64,000 bases of DNA from Macrostomum lignano. Lineage: Eukaryota. Below are positions 59,478-64,000 of this stretch, in pieces. The DNA is taken from assembly GCA_002269645.1 (NCBI GenBank), contig NIVC01000084.1:124001-188000 (forward strand), written 5' to 3'. Position numbers and translations under genes: made by a program. The stretch's first letter is position 1, and the number at the start of each line of letters is the position of its first letter. Under the pieces are notes generated by a model. It was not told the origin of the DNA and searched no databases. It saw only the letters and a list, made by a program, of their open reading frames with translations.

Positions 59478-61555
59478 CTGATTATAAACTAGTGGAATGG
59501 CAGATGAAAATTGCCTCAAAAAATCACTTAACCGGCTGATCAAGAAAGTAAGTTGATCAAAGTCGGTTTTAACCTTTTTGTCGCTAAGTGTTTAGCGCAG
59601 ATCCTATTGCCATAGATATCTCTCGACGAGAAATTCAATTCATTCAAGCCACTGCGCCCACTGGTATTTTTGGATTTTTCGTTCGACTCGATATCGGTTG
59701 GTATCCGAAGGAAGCATACACTGTGCATATAAGAAAATAATTAGCATATCATTTTATGACATGTACATGATGGGCATATTGTCCATTTCTTGTGACAGGT
59801 TTTTTAAATAATTTACTATTTACATATCAGGTTAACCTAAGGGTATCTTCAGGTGCCTCCATGTCTACATTCTCCTGATCATTGCATCGCCGAGTAATAA
59901 TTTAGGCTGAGGATTTTGATCTGAGCATTCATACACTACACATATTAATGGGTTTCCCTCTCTCTCTTCAATTCTCTTTCGCCTGTTTTAGAACTATTAT
60001 ATGCATGCTAAAATACCCAAGAAGTACTGAAGTTGAAGGACGGCAAACAATGTTTTTTATTTTTAATGACGCTGGTTTTTACTGCGAATACAATGCGGAA
60101 AAAAAGTGAATCATTTTTTGCAGCACAAAGTTTTGATTGCTTTTGATAGCAGACAGGCCCAATGTTTATCTTTTGATGGCCTGCCCTTCTTGTCACTTTA
60201 ATGTTAATATTCGTAGAGCTTTTGTTTAGAAAATTAGGAGTATGGGATATATTTATCCTCTCTAATCTGTGTCAAGAGTTATCCCTATTTTAAAATTATA
60301 CGGTTTAACTACACATTGTGTTTAGTACAGATAAACAATTTTTTCAAAGATTTGTTATTTAAAGTTCTTAAAACAATAAATTTTTGTAAAATCTTAAAGA
60401 AAAAAACAGTATTTTTACTTTAAATTTGACTCCTTTGTAATAAGAAAAGTTTTAGATTTGGATATACTCTGGAGACAGCTATATTTTAAATTACTATACA
60501 TTCTGTCGTGTAACTTAATGTCTGAGAATATCGAAACTAGGTTAGTTTGGGTTACTTAGCGTTACTAATGCTTGTAAATTTGATAGTAAAAAATGCTCGT
60601 TCATTCAGTTATAATAATAATTTTATGTCTGTCATGACTCCATGGGTTCAAAGGGGCTATAGTTCCGTTAAGTAGAGGCCAAACAACGTAGTCAAATCTT
60701 TTCGTCATGCTATATAGTAGACTAGGCTCTAACAATTTTAGGACTTTTAGGGTTTTACAGGCTTCTATCTTCAGAATTCATGCCTGCCCTAAAAACTTCC
60801 TGACGTGCAGTAAATGGAACCCTCGCATAACGTAGGTTTTCAGACGTTTCAGTTCACGAAGAGCACATGCATTTTATTTCTTTTAAAATACTAATATTCG
60901 CAGTTTGTGCCTGTGCTTATGTTATGTTTAGGCTATATTGTTTCTTTACTGATTAGTTATTCAATGCACAATACGGTGAAGTGTTTTTAAGTGGCATTTT
61001 TAGTTTTACAGAACTGTATAGCATAAACTAGATTTTTTACTTTTCAATAATGATAATGTATCTATGAAAAATTAAATATTCACTTTAGTTAGTGTTATAG
61101 CTGGAATCTGCAAAACTTAAAAAAGACTATAATGTAGTAATGATTTAATATACTGATAGAAACTATTGATACTGTAGATTATAAGGTTTTTAATACAAGT
61201 TTGTAAAGATTTTTATTCTTATAATTAGAGATATTTGTAATTATTATTTTTTTGTCTTTTAGAGAATATTCAGTCTAAAAAGTATTGTAAATATTCAACT
61301 TTGCCACCTTTGATTCAGACATAAGGTTTAAAACAATGTTTTAGGATTATCCGACAGAAAATAATGTAGAATTTTTTTAATGAATGAGTAAAATGTAGTT
61401 ACATAGATACCTTTTATTATTAATTTCACAGTTACTACTATAGAACTATTGCCATATTTTACAACCTTGACTTTTAAGGCCGGTGTAATATCTATGGCAA
61501 TTATTTTTGTTTTATTAAAGGTTAAGACAAAGCTTTGGCTAATCCGCAGGCCGCT

Positions 61556-64000
61556 ATGACTTTGCCGCCGCCACCGCTGCACATCCGCGGCCTGCCCCAG
61601 CCTGGACTGTTCGGTGACCTCACCGATCGTCGAGTCGTCTTCGCGCTGGAATCGTCCGCCCGGCTGGCGCTCGTCATGCCAAAAATTCGACAACAAGTTA
61701 CCGACGCTCTGCTCCGACTGGCGCACCGTAGCGGCGAAACCGCCTTCGGCTTGGTGGTTGGCAGCCGGCCGACTGTCTACGGCGCCGAGGACCGGCTGAC
61801 CGCCGCAACGCCAGAATCCGTGGCCGAGGCCGTCAACTGGCTGTCCCAGCAGCCTTGCCGCTCCATCGCTGATCATCTTGCCAGTCTCCTAGCGGCGTTC
61901 CGGACGGCAGACTGTCAGGCAGTGTGGCTGGTAGCCGGCAGTGCGCCCGCGAGTGCAGCCGAGTCGGAGGCCGTGCTGGATCACGCGGCTTATCTGTCCC
62001 GCGGCCGGCCTGTGCACTGCGTCTGCCTGCGGCTGCCCGGCGACCAGGATGGCGGGGAGGCAGCCCGGCTGATTGAATTTATGGACCGCCTGGCGGCTGA
62101 GACATGCGGCTCACTGACTGCTGTGACCATTGATGAGGCTCAGGTGCGAGAGGAGTGGATGCAAGGGAGATACAAGATTTATTAGATGGGAGAGATGAGA
62201 GAGACAAAAGAAAGAGGTGGAGGAGATGTAGAAGAGATGCGGGAGAAAAGCGAGAGAGAGCGGGAGAGATGCGGGAGAGAAGGGGGAGAGAAGCGGGAGA
62301 GATGCGGGAGAGATGCGGGGGGATGCGGGAGAGATGCGGGAGAGAAGCGGGAGAGAAGCGGGAGAGAGGCGAGAGAGATGCGGGAGAGAAGCGGGAGAGA
62401 ATTGGGAGAGAGGCGAGAGAGATGCGGGGGAGATGCAGGAGAGAAGGGGGAGAGATGCGGGAGAGAAGCGGGAGAGATGCGGTAGAGATGCGGGAGAGAT
62501 GCGGTAGAGATGCGGGAGAGATGCGGTAGAGATGCGGGAGAGATGCGGGGGAGATGCAGGAGAGAAGGGGGAGAGATGCGGGAGAGATGCGGTAGAGATG
62601 CGGGAGAGATGCGGTAGAGATGTGGGAGAGATGCGGGGGAGATGCAGGAGAGAAGGGGGAGAGATGCGGGAGAGATGCGGGAGAGATGCGGGAGAGATGC
62701 GGGAGAGACGCGAGAGAGAAGCAGGAAAGAGACACAAGAGAGAAGCAGGAAAGAGACACAAGAGAGACATTTGAATTGGAATTTTCACTTCACACCATCA
62801 GTACACTGCAGTTCAGTAACTGAGGCTACCCGAGCAAAGCATAAAATTTGTTAACTTCATTCTACTCGAACTTTCTAAACCCAGTCCATATCTGCCGTGC
62901 AACGTCTCCGCGGTTCCGACGGCCCCGCCGAGCGGATGATTCGCACCAAGGACGGCAGAATTCGCCCAGAACTGGCCACCTGTTCGATCACCACCTGCTT
63001 GAGCAGCGGCGTTGATCCCCTCCTCGAGCCGCCGCTGCTGCCGCCGCCAGCTGGTCTGAAGTCGTTCAGCCGGCACCGACCAGCCAGGGCGTTCATCTCA
63101 GCCGGCGGCGCCAGCGGAGCCGGTGTCCAGTCCCGAAATCCGTTCTGCCCGGCTGGCGGGGCAACCCTGATTGGTCGGCGGGTGCTGGCCAGGAGGCGGG
63201 ACCCGGCCGCCAGCGGCTTCTACAGGGGCAAAGTGGTTAGCGAGGTGAGTTGTTAATTCATTCTGTTTAGATTCTGTTTCTTCATCTTAGACTTCACCTT
63301 ATCTTTTTTAAAATAGGATTCCAATTGGCATTACTGCCCATCACGCCGACTCCCCTGAGCGCTGTACACTCCTGTGTGAGTGTGTGCCTGTGCGTATGAC
63401 TGCGCACGTATCGGCGCGCTTGTGCAGTTTCACAAACTTGGTGTCAGATGCGGTAAACTTGGTGTCATTGGTATTTATCCTTGGGGTTGGCCCTCAAGCT
63501 GGGCGCTACTTGCACGGGCAGAACCAAGCCCAGATTCCAAATTAGCTCCAAATTAATGTGACTGCACTTGGAATCGAGCCTGGGCCGCTGGCACATCAGA
63601 GCGCCGCGCTGGACCACTAGGCTACGGCCCCTCACCACTTCAGGAACCAATTCATCGCCCCATCAGCTCCCAAACAAACCCTACCTAATCAAAAAAATCA
63701 ACAATGGCACCTCAGGTCGAGCCCGACCTCTTCCTGGTGGAGTTCCCTGCCGACGAGCCAGACGAAGGCAAGCCGCAGCACCAGGAAACCCGCATCAGCG
63801 ACATCGTCAGTCTAGACGACGCTCTCCGACACTCGATCGCTCCCGGCGATGCGGTGCTGCTGCCGCCGTCGCCGGGCTCAAGCGAGCCGGCCAAATTCCA
63901 GCTAGGCATCGTGAGGAGCGGCCACGAAGCGCGCGACTTCGCCTCAGCCGGCGCCAACGTCACGCCGTTAATCGTCGCCGTGACAACCGCTGGCGAGGAA
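61556..64000 (+). CDS. vWA-domain plus DUF4537-like protein (VWA3B/C11orf16-like); exons 61556-62143, 62885-63244, 63716->64000; truncated by the window edge
   Basis: GLFGDLTDRRVVFALESS..AATPESVAEAVNWL..RPVHCVCL..LAAETCGS (VWA3-type vWA); LIGRRVLARRRD..GFYRGKV and FLVEF..QET..DIVSLDDALRHSIAPGDAVL (DUF4537-like). All splice junctions are phase-0 GT-AG. Family assignment from remembered motifs, not a search. Confidence 0.8.
62160..62770. repeat. Purine-rich degenerate repeat (GGGAGAGATGC-like) in intron 1 of the vWA gene
   Basis: Dense GGGAGAGATGC/GGGAGAGAAGC units; lies between the donor at 62144 and acceptor at 62884. Confidence 0.9.
63305..63630 (-). mobile_element. tRNA-derived SINE in intron 2 of the vWA gene
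   Basis: Minus strand begins GGCCGTAGCCTAGTGGTCCAGCGCGGCGCTCTGA..CCCAGGCTCGATTCC (A- and B-box). The body boundary is approximate. Confidence 0.6.

Noticed and set aside
62079-62854. R/E/G-rich and S/P/L-rich ORFs
   Set aside because: Translations of an intronic purine-rich repeat between well-supported phase-0 splice sites.

Overview
Eukaryotic (animal) genomic DNA with GT-AG introns, a Shaker channel and abundant minisatellites. The style is compatible with a repeat-rich invertebrate such as a free-living flatworm; this is inference only. Host genes: (i) three paralogous 3-exon genes for small secreted proteins made only of a signal peptide plus two WSC domains (4075-5754, 28709-29821, 36412-37760; the third has a +1 frameshift); (ii) an intronless Kv1/Shaker-type K+ channel with a charge-depleted S4 (43665-45074); (iii) a minus-strand gene for a >3,100-aa low-complexity protein with a ~7.8-kb exon (48361->59477); (iv) a divergently oriented vWA plus DUF4537-like gene running off the right edge (61556-64000). 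The intergenic space is layered with mobile DNA. The main structure is a ~15.9-kb head-to-tail chain of five non-autonomous Helitron-like elements from three related families (5929-21825), each with tRNA-derived sequence and its own tandem-repeat array. There is also a Ty3/Gypsy element with a 5-bp TSD nested in a Tc1 transposon; DIRS, Crypton-like, RTE, SINE and hAT-MITE remnants; and two collinear halves of a BEL/Pao element (69-1450 and 41308-42415) bracketing the whole WSC cluster. Most long ORFs in the track over tandem repeats are artefacts.
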